A stretch of 33,313 bases of DNA, taken from Gonapodya sp. JEL0774. Its lineage: Eukaryota. The DNA lies in assembly GCA_027604505.1 (NCBI GenBank), contig JADIIX010000047.1, forward strand, positions 124,001-157,313, given 5' to 3'. The notes under the pieces were generated by a model. It was not told the DNA's origin. It saw only the letters and a list, made by a program, of their open reading frames with translations, and ran no database searches. Positions 1-10,827 of this stretch are shown piece by piece. Each line of letters opens with the position of its first letter. Within the stretch, counting starts at the first letter, position 1. The translations under genes were made by a program, and so were the position numbers.

Positions 1-60
1 GTGAGTCCGGAACTGCTTCGGACAGCCCGTTGTTTGCCCGCATTGATTGCCATTCCTCAG

Positions 61-2909
61 GTTGCGTCGGCAACTTGATGAAACGGAACAGACACTTCGG
101 AGACTCCGGGAGGTAGAGCCAGCCATCAACCAGTTGCGTGTGGACATTGCCGATCGAGACAAGATGATTGATGAGCTTAGATTACAAGCATTAAACCTTC
201 AAGCCGAGAAGTCGAAGGAGGTAGGCGCTCAGGACAAAGAACTGACGCGTTACTTCCTGAGCAGATATTAACCTGTGTTCCATCCGTAGTCGGAAACTAA
301 ATCCACTCTTCGAACTCATCTCAACGACGTTGAAAGTAAGTTGGGGCGCACGGAGGCAGAGTTACAAAGGGTGAGGTACGAATACGAGCAGCAAGCTCAA
401 CGATTGGATCAGCAGCGGAGGGCCCTCACAGAGTTGGACCGGGACCGGGATGCGGTGAGAGCAGATGCAGACCAAAAGACAGAGACCGTCGCAGAGCTGC
501 AAGGTTGGTAAGGGACCCATCACTCGAAGGTACTAGTTTGAAATAACAACCTTGCTTCTCAAAGCATATGTTCAGCGACTCCGAACAGAGGTTATAAGTT
601 CCCAGCGGGAAATTGATGTCCTCCGCGATAAGCTCGACTCAACTACTCACCAAGTTAGTGAAAGTGAACATGAGATTGCCAGCTTGACGAGGCAGGTGTC
701 CATTCTTTCTCGGGATCGGGAGCAGTTTTCCACGGTCGCACAGGTACGTCCAAAATTGGTGTCACACTTCTTTGGGCGTTTTCACAATGGGGTAACCACT
801 GGTTACCCGTGCAGCAAAATGCGGAAGAAGTTCGAAACATAAGTGCAGACCTGGCAACAATGACACGAGAGAACCAGCTTCTAAACACCGAAATTGCGGA
901 GGTAAACCAAATTTTCTTGAGTCGCTTGAGCCTTTTTGTTTTAAAAGATCTTGAGAAATAGATTGTGCGCGAACGGGATCGAATACGGAAAGATCTTGAG
1001 GACAGCGACAAGCAATTGCGATACTTGGATGATCTTGTTCGGTCGAGAGATCACGAAAAGGATCAACTGATGACCGCATACGAGAAACTTGTTAACGATC
1101 ATGACCGTTTGGAGGGAATAATCAAGGATTCAAGCTACGATATGAGCAATGCCAGGTGCGCGGATTCAGTTTTCGTTCCGAATTCTGCAGTTTACGACCT
1201 TCTTTGGTAAACCCACAGAATGGAGGTCTTGCTAAGAGACAAGAAGGTTCAGAGTCTACAAAAGGCGCTAGAAGAGGCATCTGATGAGATCAAACAACTC
1301 AAAATTGATTTAGTCGCGTTTGAGAAGCAAACAACACGTAAGCGCGCAACGTCTTGGTTTTAGCGCTACAGCAACCCGCAGTCTTTGTACTTTGCTTTTG
1401 GCAGACATGGCCCGCTCACTTTCCACTGCAGAGAAGGACATGAGACAACTGGAGGTATTTTCAGATGAATGCCTTTCCGATATTGAACGGTCGCTCATAT
1501 TTGCTTATGTTGTCCCACCAGATGGAGAAGGGAAAGCTACTTCGCGACATTGCAGCCTCCCGTGATTTTGCCTTTTCGGTGGACCGCTCAAAGGACGATG
1601 TCCAAAAGCACATGACAACATTGCAAATTGAAGTGGATAGTCTCAAAGCCACCATCAGAAGGCTCGAAATCGACAATGAGGCTCTCTCCAGTCAAGTGAG
1701 ATCTGAGGTCAGTTTTGCACTTCCAAAACTCCATTGCCACGGCTAAATCCAAAACTCCGCCATCTCAGAGGTTAAAAGGTGAGAGACTCGAGCACTTGAT
1801 TGCCGTGGAACGGACGAAACAATTCCACAGCGACAAGACTTCCAAGGTGAGCCTCAAGTGTACCAGTGATCCGTTCTCACAGTAATCCAACGGACAACCG
1901 CAGGAAACCGGCAACTCTCAAGAGTACCTAGTGGAACAACTGCAATCCCTGAACAAACAACAGAGCTTGTCGCTTGCAACAGTTACCAAAGAGCTTCGAG
2001 CTGCCCAAGCGGAGAACTTGAGTCTTGCGGAAAGAGTGAGAACTTTGGAATCAGATATTCTCACAGAAAAGCATGGTGATATTCTGTGACACGGCATTCC
2101 AACACTAATGTTTTCTGACATGCTCTTGATGTTGGTTGGTTCAGCTGTTGAAGCAGCGCGCGAGGACCTCGCGAAATCAAATCAACGTGTCTCCGACTTA
2201 CACGAACGCCTCCAGCAGAAAGAGAGAATAATTGAAGAGATTATATTGGCTCCACCTTTAAAGGTGAGTACTTGATTAATGGACCAAGTCAATGTTATGA
2301 ATGAAATGTCTCTCCCCGTCTTCCTCCCGCCTCACAGGATTCCAACGATTCTAGTGCAAGTCCATCTAGGGCGAGAACGGAAGTGGAAAGAAGGATTCTG
2401 GATGAACTCGTCCAAACAAAAGAGCAGTTGCACGCTTATGAGGTAAGCGAGCATATGCCGAATGCCCAGAAATCATAATGTAGACCGCTCTCTGAAACCA
2501 TTGCAATAGCAAAAAATCGCCAAAATGTCGCGATCATCGAGTCTCGATGCAAACAACACCGCAGAACCAGCGAATCACGCTACTGATGGTGAGAATAGCG
2601 ACCAATTCAATTGTCGGGAAAGCTTACATTCTAATATTGTAATATGACTCCATTGCAGAGATGGATTTGAGAGCTTCCTCTCCCGCAAACTCCTCTCCAG
2701 TGAGAGCGGAGGGGCAACAGACAGATTCGCATGCAGCAACGGCATCCCGAAGTGTTTCTCTTTCTCGAGATCCCAGTCTTAAAGCAACGAGGACTTCGTC
2801 CTTAGGTCAGATTGCAGCTGAAGCGGCTGAAAGGCGACGTAATCTTGAGCGCGAGAATCAGAGGCTCCTCGCATCTATTATGGGAGTAGTGTCAGGTGAC
2901 GATCGATAG
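61..2909 (+). CDS. CEP135: Centrosomal protein CEP135/BLD10 family, 3' part (5' end lies outside the window), multi-exon coiled-coil
   Basis: The window opens on an intron (GTGAGT..CAG, 1-60). Hand-spliced exons 61-220, 290-503, 565-743, 815-901, 962-1155, 1219-1337, 1405-1454, 1522-1707, 1769-~1846 and further exons run to TAG at 2909. Peptides LDRDRDAVRADADQKTETVAELQ, DLATMTRENQ (848-877), LLRDIAASRDFAFSVDRSKD and ERLEHLIAVERTKQFHS follow, in order, the remembered CEP135 motifs LDKEKDFLQETVDEKTEKIANLQ, DLATMARENQ, LNDLSSLRELCIKLDSGKD and KNLESLLATNRDKEFHS. Confidence 0.85.
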
Positions 2910-3140
2910 TTGTTATGACTGCCCTTTTTGGTTACCCCAGAGGGTCTGTAAATATGTCTCATAGATTATAGTTTTTTTTGATTTTAGCCCTGGGTGACGT
3001 CAGATTCTGGTTTTGCAGGCATGAGGCGACCACAAACACAACCCGCTTTGCTTCACATTATCACGTGCGAATCGTGGTGAAACAGTGCAAAAGAAGGGAT
3101 TTTGGCAACCAACTGTCCGAACTGAACAGGAAGAGCAGCG

Positions 3141-4578
3141 ATGAACTCCTGGTCGTCAGTGGTCAGCAAGCGTCCCCAGACTCACGTGCAGCCACCAGGG
3201 AGCCAAGGTCTCCCTTACCGAAGTACGCCAACTCTCTCAGCAGCTCCTAAGCCAGTGGATCCGTGGGTGGCTTCTTGGGGAGGAGAGTCAAGCAGCAACC
3301 AGCAGCAGTACACTCGGGTTCCTGCACGAGGGTACTCTACGGCTGGAAAGGATTCGTCCACTGCTCCTCCTCGGGCTGCAGTTGTACTTCCCGGAAGCCA
3401 CGGACGCCAAGAAGTCACTAAACCAGCGATCGAGACCGGAGATGATAGCGCCTTTGTGGTGCTGATTGATTGCAGCAAGGTAACGCTTTCGCATTCATTC
3501 TATTATCTTGCAAAAGCCGAATGACGTGTGTGTATCCCAAGCCTCCCAATGGAAAACCACGCATTTTCCGAGAGCAAAGAGATAAGCTTCGCTGTATCAA
3601 GTGTGACAAAGATCTTATACTATGGTGCGAATCTGTTTCTGAACGGAAGGATACCAAAACCTCGCCGTTTCAACTGTTCCACTTCTCAAAAGTTATTCAA
3701 ACTTCAGGAAAGAAGGTGAGAACGTACTGAAATGGATGTTTTGAAGATAACGCTGCATCGTACTTAGACTGTCACGACGTTACTATCTCAGCGGTAGTCG
3801 ATAGGCTCATCAAGGCCGAAACCCTCGAAGAGCAGAAACAGGTACTCCGGGGAGTCAAGGTGCGCTAAAATCTTCGCTGATCATTTTTCATGTGCTCATA
3901 CGGATGTAAATGTTCCACTCCTAGTGCAACGACTGCGTCCTAAAGTTGGTTAAACCTGATTGCGGATGGATTCGCACACTGCTCAATTCTCGCTTCGTTT
4001 CCCCTCTTACAACGTTCATCTGCTCCCAGAACTCGGTAAGCAGGGGGAATTTGCAATCCGGAAGCAAAGCGATCGTTTGACATCTTTGCGTGCAATGAAA
4101 TGATTAAAGAGCCGAAGCTGACCCAAGAGATCCACTTTCAAAAGTCTGCCACACTTGCCAGATGCGCTTGGTTCGTTGCCTATCTGTATCACAGCGCTGT
4201 CAATTTTCACTATCATCTGACCATTGCTACCTTTCCAATGATCAACATCTCTGAATATAGGGGAAGAAGGAGGTGAGATCTCCACCTCCATTTTACCAAC
4301 ACAAAATTTATCATCGAGCCATTTCAACTATCAGTTTTCTGCACGCCAGTGGCGAGAAAAGGTGCCTGAACGAGTCCCTTCTTCGCGCCGCTCATTGTGT
4401 ATGCTCATCATCAAATAACTGCACTTTTTTCATCATGATCAGGAGCAACCAAGATGTGAAATGTGTATACAGATGGACGCTGACGTCGGAGCGGCCATTC
4501 TCGGTGCGTGTGAACAGCGATATCTATCACCCGCCGTTGCTTGATTTCATGTTCCTGAAAGGTGATCCCTACCAATGA
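3141..4578 (+). CDS. 241-aa protein: disordered N-terminus plus tandem C4 zinc fingers (8 Cys), Stc1-domain-like; 11 exons including microexons
   Basis: Exons 3141-3479, 3542-3624, 3708-3715, 3768-3859, 3925-3944, 4030-4035, 4110-4170, 4261-4272, 4335-4361, 4443-4503, 4562-4578. All introns are GT-AG and the total is 726 nt with no internal stop. C-terminal half: KLRCIKCDKDLILWKEDCHDVTISAVVDRLIKAETLEEQKQVLRGVKCNDCVLKTRAEADPRDPLSKVCHTCQMRLGKKEFSARQWREKEQPRCEMCIQMDADVGAAILGDPYQ*. Confidence 0.7.
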
Positions 4579-4700
4579 GATATGAAATATAAACTTCTCT
4601 TACTATGATAAGCGGTGTAAATGTGTTCTCAAGAAGCACGGACTAGCTGATACGAACAAACGATCACACAATACACAAGGAACAAGTCCGTTTTCTGCAA

Positions 4701-7700
4701 CTACATCACTTTGCCTGCCAGCATTTTCCTCGCCTCCTTCACCCTCTCCTTGAGCACCTGCCTATTCGAATCGTTGATACCCAAATCCTTATCTGTGATC
4801 CCCAACTCTCCCGTGTCATCAGTCACCGTCATGTACTCCTTCATAAATATTGCGAGACCTTCTTTGAGCGTCTTGAGGTCCGTTATAACCTCGGGTTTCT
4901 TGTGCTTGCCGGTATTTTCAAAGACAGAGACCAGAAGTTTTGAGATGTCCGCCTCAGTTGGCGGGAGGTGGAGCAGAATTGTGGTGAGAAGAATGCGCAA
5001 GAATGCGATAAGAATGTCCGAAGGGCTGGAAATTGGGTATGTCTTTTGGGTTTGCACACATTGTGAGATGGGTGAACGGCTTCACAGGTGTAAGTCCTTG
5101 TAAAGAACAAACCTTGAGAACAATCAGAGAGAGACCGCCTTCCGCGAGTAGGTAGCCATAGAGTTTCGCCAGGTTTACAATCCTCCTCTTAATCTGCTTG
5201 TTCACCTCAGCAGCGTCGTCGAATTCCTTGAGCTCGTCCCACAAGGTGTATTGGAACGTTATCTTGAAGGAGATGGCGTGACCGCAGAGACGGCTGGCGA
5301 GCAGGGAGTAGTAGGGATTAGAGCTTTTTTCCTGAGAAGTACATGAGGGAGTGTACACATTGCATGAACATTGCTTAGAGTGATTTTGTTTGTCTTCATT
5401 GTGACTCACCGCAGCACAGCAATGAATGATGACTCGCACAATCTCCCGCTCTTGCTTGTCTTTCAGATTGAGCTTCATGAGTTTATCAAACGCATCCACA
5501 TAATCCTGTCGCAAAAAATGGCATCGCTTCAACGATTCGATCCACTCCATCTCTCGACCCTGCAAGCACTTACCTCACTTCCCATGATCACCATGAATAT
5601 ACTCCGCCTCACGTCTGTATTCATTCTCATTTTTCTTGCAAGTGCCAGCAGAGCTTGTGTTGACGCACCGCCAAGGGCATCCACATCGACAGAGGTGGAG
5701 ATGGCCGGCGCGCCCCCTGATACGTCGCCCGATCCTCCTCCATCGTGGCCAGTCCACGCGGCACCGGTAAGCCACCATTTACCTAAGCGACGGGAGAAGC
5801 GTTTAAGAGGATCAAAATTATAGAACGAAAAGTTGTGATGATTGGGAGTGCCAGCTCGCCCAATTCACCCTTTGTAGTGGCATTCTTCAAATCTTCCAAT
5901 CCAAACCTCAAAGGTTCGCCACCCGTCGCTGCAAACGAAAAAATAGGATTCAGCCCTCAGCCACCATGTCGTAAAAATTCAGATACTCTGCGCACCAAAT
6001 CTCTTTCTCGCCACGTTTTGAACTATTTTCTTGAGTTGTTCTGCCTCATCCTCACCCGTCGCAGCGGCCGCTTGGCCCTTCCGGTTTCTACGACGGTTAT
6101 TCTTGAGGTCTGTCACCGACTCCAAGAGGAATTTGGTGCGGGAGCTGAGTGAAGGGCACATCAGGACGGCGTTGGTTGATTCAAAACACGTTGTTCTAGT
6201 GTCCCCACCGCACATACCTCAATTCACCTGTACTCTTCCTTTTGACCTCTTCGTTGAGCAGGTCAACGATTTCCTTGAGCGCCGCTGGATCGTCGGCTCG
6301 CATTCGGAATCCACCCACTACACAAGTAACAACACGCCGTTCAGCTGTCGTGACCCAGTGCACCACACAAAACCAATCTCACCGGTAAGTAATCGCAGCA
6401 CCAATTCCACGTCCAACTCGGTTAAACTTTTGATGAACATCCGGACAAGATCGTAGAGCAGGACAGACGACACAATCTAAGATCCACGGGCCAGATGAGC
6501 AAACGCTCCGAAATTATCGAAAAAATCATCGCGCGAAACCCTACACCAAAATCATACATCCATGCCACCACCGTCGCCAAGTTCGAAACTTCTTTGCCTT
6601 CAGCCTCTCCCTCCCCCGTTCCTCTCTTGCTCTTCTCATACCATTCCAGCACACCTTCCACAGCCTCCTCCGCAATTCTCGATGCCGCATCGTTACCGAC
6701 ACAGCGATGAACCAGGGAGGCAAGTGAGACGTAAGGGAGCACATAAGAAGCCAACAAGTGACCGCGGGAGAGCGAAGAGGCGATGAGGAGGGTTGATAGA
6801 GTGGAGGTGACCGCTACAGGTAGAATAGTGGTTGAGGTAGGAGGTGACAAGAGCGGGAAGACCCTACTTACCTCCTCTGGGCCAAGTCCTGTAGCATTCT
6901 TCCACACTCCCAAATATGTTCTCGAGCGTCGACGGAGAGAGCCTGTTTAGGTATCCTTGGAGAGTTTTCGCGAGGCGGGGGTCAGTCGAAGTGGTGGTGG
7001 ATGCCACGGCAAGAGCGGTGGTGGATGTGGTAGCAGAGGTTTCAGCGGCACGGCGAAGGTGGGGGGGCACGTATTTGCTGGTTGGAGCGGGGGACTTCTC
7101 GGTTACCGGTGCGGAAGGAGGTCGGACCCCAGTGTCCTCGTCACTTTGGTTGTCGGTGTCGCTCGCCTCCTCTCCATCTTGCCCCCCTTCATCCGCAGCG
7201 CTCCCTTCGCTCCCTTCGCTCCCTTCACTCCCTTCATCCACCTCCAACTCTACGTCGGAATCCCCACCGCCCAACAAGGCCTCTAACCCGTCATCGTCTT
7301 CGCCGGTATAGTCGTCCTCTCCGATTTCATCTTCATCTTCACTTGAGCCGTCTTCTGCGTCCTCATCCTCGTCTTCCCTATTTTCACTATCACTCTCCGA
7401 GCCCTCTACATCTTCGTTTTCACTATCTTCGCCCCGTTGTTCCACGTCCTCCTCTCTCACACCGCCAACCTTTGAATTCCTGTTCTTATCCTCCAAGCCT
7501 GCCTCCTCCCTATCATCGTCGTCATCGCCCATTCCGCCGTCTTGTTCGAGTTTGTCGAGGTCCGAGAGGAGGCCTATTGTGTCGTGCAACAGGGAAGGGT
7601 TTGGGGTTAGAGAAGCGGTACGTAGCAACTTCCGCTGCTCTTCAATATCCCTGTGCGACCACCTTCACAAATCTGCCACCGATCAACTTTAACAAACCTC

Positions 7701-8896
7701 AGTCCCAAGCGCAACTCACCATTCAACCCATCTCCATCCTCTTTGGCCTTCTTTCCCTTCTTCTTTCTCACGCCCAGCAGCTTCTCGTACCGTCTGATCT
7801 CCTTGTCGTCCCGTAGGAGCTCCCGCTCGCGGTCTTTTCCAATCCCAGCGATTTCATCGGCACTTGTGGAGGATGGGATGAGACCTGAGTTTCGGAGTCG
7901 GGTGTAGAGAGAGGGGTTGGACTGGGCGAATCGGGAGAGGGAGGTGGAGGGGTCGGAGGGGGCGGGGGGTGCAGGTGCAGTAGTGAGGCGGGGTTTTTTG
8001 GCAAGGGGGCCAGGGGTGGTGGCGGCGGCCGCAGGGGGCAGTTTCCGTTTGAGAGAACCTGGTGCGTTGGTGCTCATTTGGTTGTGAGAGACAGCGGCTG
8101 GGACGATGACAGTGCCAGATTTGGCGGCCTGGGTGGAGTTCGAGATGGCGGATATTGGTGATGTGGCACGAATGGGGAATTGATCAGTATCACGAGTCAG
8201 TCGGGCCCCAGTGATACATGGCAGCCAAAGGCGCGACGCTAAGCAGACGGTCAGTTCATCCTGCTGAAAAGTTTCATGTACGGCTGGGATATGCTGTTTT
8301 CGGTGTTCTGCATGGCGCTGTGATGGTTCTGGGTCCTCCTCGTCCGCTCTCCATTCAAGGTCCTATTTTGACTAACACATCAACGTGAACTCACCTTGTT
8401 CAGCGCATGGTGTCTTTTGTAATTTCTGTCCATCAAAATCTTCTTTTTGTTTCTCTCTTCCTTCCTAATGCGCTTTCTGTCGAGAGGCTTTCTGCTGTAA
8501 GTGAGCGAGTAGTGTCCATCGTCGGGTGTGGTCGAGGCTTAGACATCGCATTGCGGTAGACGGAGATTCGGAAGCGTGATGGTGTAATCTGCAGACCAAC
8601 ATAAACTGCGCTCACGCACCTCCCCCAGCATCGTCCACCATCAACGCCTTTGGAAGATCCGTGTTCTTTTTCTTCACTCTGCGCCCATTCCCTCCTCGCT
8701 CGTCTTTTGTCCCTTGTCTGCCGTGCACTCCTGGTTCTCCCCGTCCTCCATCACCGCGAGCGAAAGCTGCCCCTCCCCCCCTGCCTCCTTCGCGTCCACC
8801 GGGACTGTTTCTGAGTCCCCCTCGTCCCACCCGTCCACCGCGTCCACCGCGTCCACCACCGCGGGATCCGCCGCTTGAAAATGAAGGTGGTGCCAT
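4701..8896 (-). CDS. SGD1: Nucleolar MIF4G/MA3 domain protein Sgd1/NOM1 (40S biogenesis), multi-exon
   Basis: ATG at 8896 with an RGG-rich start, then LPKAL and RKRIRKEE, DDKEIRRYEKLLG..DGDGLNGLLSDLD, a long acidic tract and SKYVPPHLRR. MIF4G region LQGYLNRLS..VAWMYDFGV..RTKFLLESVTDLKNN; GKWWLTGAAW; MA3 region DYVDAFDKLMKLNLKDKQEREIVRVIIHCC..EK..NPYYSLLASRLC..FQYTLWD..NLAKLYGYL. Stop at 4701-4703. Introns include 8538-8619 and 8129-8394. Confidence 0.93.
7200..7236. repeat. 9-nt coding tandem repeat CTCCCTTC(G/A), about 4 copies (EGS repeat in the SGD1 acidic tract)
   Basis: gctcccttcgctcccttcgctcccttcactcccttca, read on the minus strand as EGSEGSEGS. Confidence 0.85.
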
Positions 8897-9137
8897 CTGA
8901 TGGTGCGATATGTATCTTTGTGGAGTGTTTTCTTTTTATAGGAACCCCACCCGATCACCAGCCGATCGCAAGGACCCAGCAGTAGCAGCACGCTCCTTGT
9001 TCATAAACGGCCCCACCCTCGTCGATTCTTTACATCCAACTCCACGGGAAACAAATCGCACATTTCGCTCATCTTTACCGCTCTCCTGCATTCGAAAACG
9101 TCTCTGAATAACTCAATTTCTGTCCGCAACGACAACA
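8897..9137. promoter_or_regulatory. Short bidirectional promoter region between SGD1 and the 9138 gene
   Basis: 241 nt separate the two divergent start codons. This is inferred from gene geometry only. Confidence 0.55.
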
Positions 9138-10827
9138 ATGACGTCTTCTGACGCAGCACCAAACCCCCACCCCGATTCCCTCCTCCTGCTCATCCCCCTC
9201 CGTTCTAAGCACGACCTCTCCTTCTCAATCCCCCGTCCTCTCCCTTCTCTGGCTCGCTCCTCTCCCACATCGGAGTCCCTCCGCAGATTCCTTGCAGACA
9301 AAGTCCACGCCAGTTTGGTTGAGCGAGGACATTTGACCTTGGACAGACACATGTACGCTATTCAGGTGACACCCGTCTTGCCCAGGGCTGAGACCGAGGT
9401 GAAGGAAAATGGCACTCAAAATGGTTCAGGTGCAGGTGCAAGCGGTTCAACACCTGGTGCAATGGCGAGTGATGGTCCACACTCCCCTGCGTTCTCGGAC
9501 CTCACTGTTCCCGACTTCCTGGCTCGCGGCGGCGTGTACGAATTCTCGGTGCGACAGCGCGGGGCGGCTGAGTCTGTGCAGATTTTTGCTAGGGACGACG
9601 GTGCTCGAGGGGGTATGAAACAGACTGTGGATGTTGTAAGTGGTGGTCGTGATGCGGAGGGTGGAGCAGCTATGGCCGGAAAGCCAACAAGGATCGAAAC
9701 GAGGAAGTCGTCATCTGCCTCTGCGATTGAGACTGGTGAGATACCCGGACCCCTACCAAAGAGCGCGAGTGAGTATCTGGTCTCGATTCGCTTCAAAGGA
9801 ATTTTGAGCATGCTACTGCGATCCAGAAAGTTCCTTCTGAAGGTAGATGTGAAAATCAGGATAACCCAAGTGGCGGTTTTGCTCACACCGGAGATTGCGT
9901 CTCCTCACCCGCTTCTTAAAACCATATTTCCCCCGCTTCGTATCCCCCGCTTTAGACCCACTTCCATTCTACACCCCTCTCAACGATCCCTCCCCACCTT
10001 CACCACCAATCACTCCAGATTCTCGCTCGTTGCCCACTCAATCCCTCCACGCCCACCTCGCCCAACTCCGCCACGAGCTATCTGTCCTTCGAGGACTGGT
10101 GAAGAGATCCCTCGAGCTGGAACGAAGGAACCCCAGTGCGGTAACTGGTACCTCGACGATGACGCCTTCGAGCGAACTCGACGTGAACCTGCAAGTGCGC
10201 GTCGGTGCAGCAGAATCCCGCATCGAGCAGGTCGCATCGCTATTGGACGAAGAGTTACGCCAGCGGTCCATCTTGGAATCCCGCGTTGCGGTCCTCGAAG
10301 CCTCTCTTCACTCCCATTCGCATATGGACCTCGAATCCCGCATAACGGCACTCGAAGGGTCTGTCCAACGGTCCCAGTCTGAGTGCACGCAGACTTTCGA
10401 CACTCATGTCCATCAGGACGACCAGATGATCACCACACTTAAACACCTTCACGCCAGGCAAGACGCGCTGGTCCGCCACGTCGACAAGCTCGGAAGAGTA
10501 CTGAGCAGATTTGGGAGGGGGTTGGTGGGAGTCGGCGGGGAGATGGAAAGTGGAAAGACGGATAGCGAAGTGCGTGGGGGAGGTGAGGTGGCCGAGCCGC
10601 GCGAGGTTGCGGATGGTGGGGTAGTTATGGTTCAGCTTGCTCAAGCTGTGGAGCGAACGCCAGACGGTGGGCGTGCGGGTGTGGGCGAAACTGCGGAGGG
10701 GGATGCGCGCTCGCAACCGCACCGGCAAAGACAGGGAGACGTCAAAGGAAACAAGCGTGCAGACGACGCTGCTCTCGTTATTGACTCTGGTGAAATCAGC
10801 GCCGGCCAGGCGGCCACCTCCACTTGA
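9138..10827 (+). CDS. Hypothetical protein: small N-terminal globular domain, Pro-rich linker, central coiled coil
   Basis: ATG 9138 follows a C/T-rich leader. The ORF frames 9138.. and 9895..10827 can be joined by a phase-1 intron from GTGAGT (9769) to TTTAG (~9955), optionally via a small exon near 9831-9843. Heptad-like segment LAQLRHELSVLRGLV..LESRVAVLEASL..LESRITALEGSV. The exact junction is uncertain. Confidence 0.7.

Noticed and set aside
9770..10382. Apparent programmed frameshift between the 414-aa and 310-aa ORFs
   Set aside because: An ordinary phase-1 GT-AG intron (9769 to ~9955) explains the frame change.
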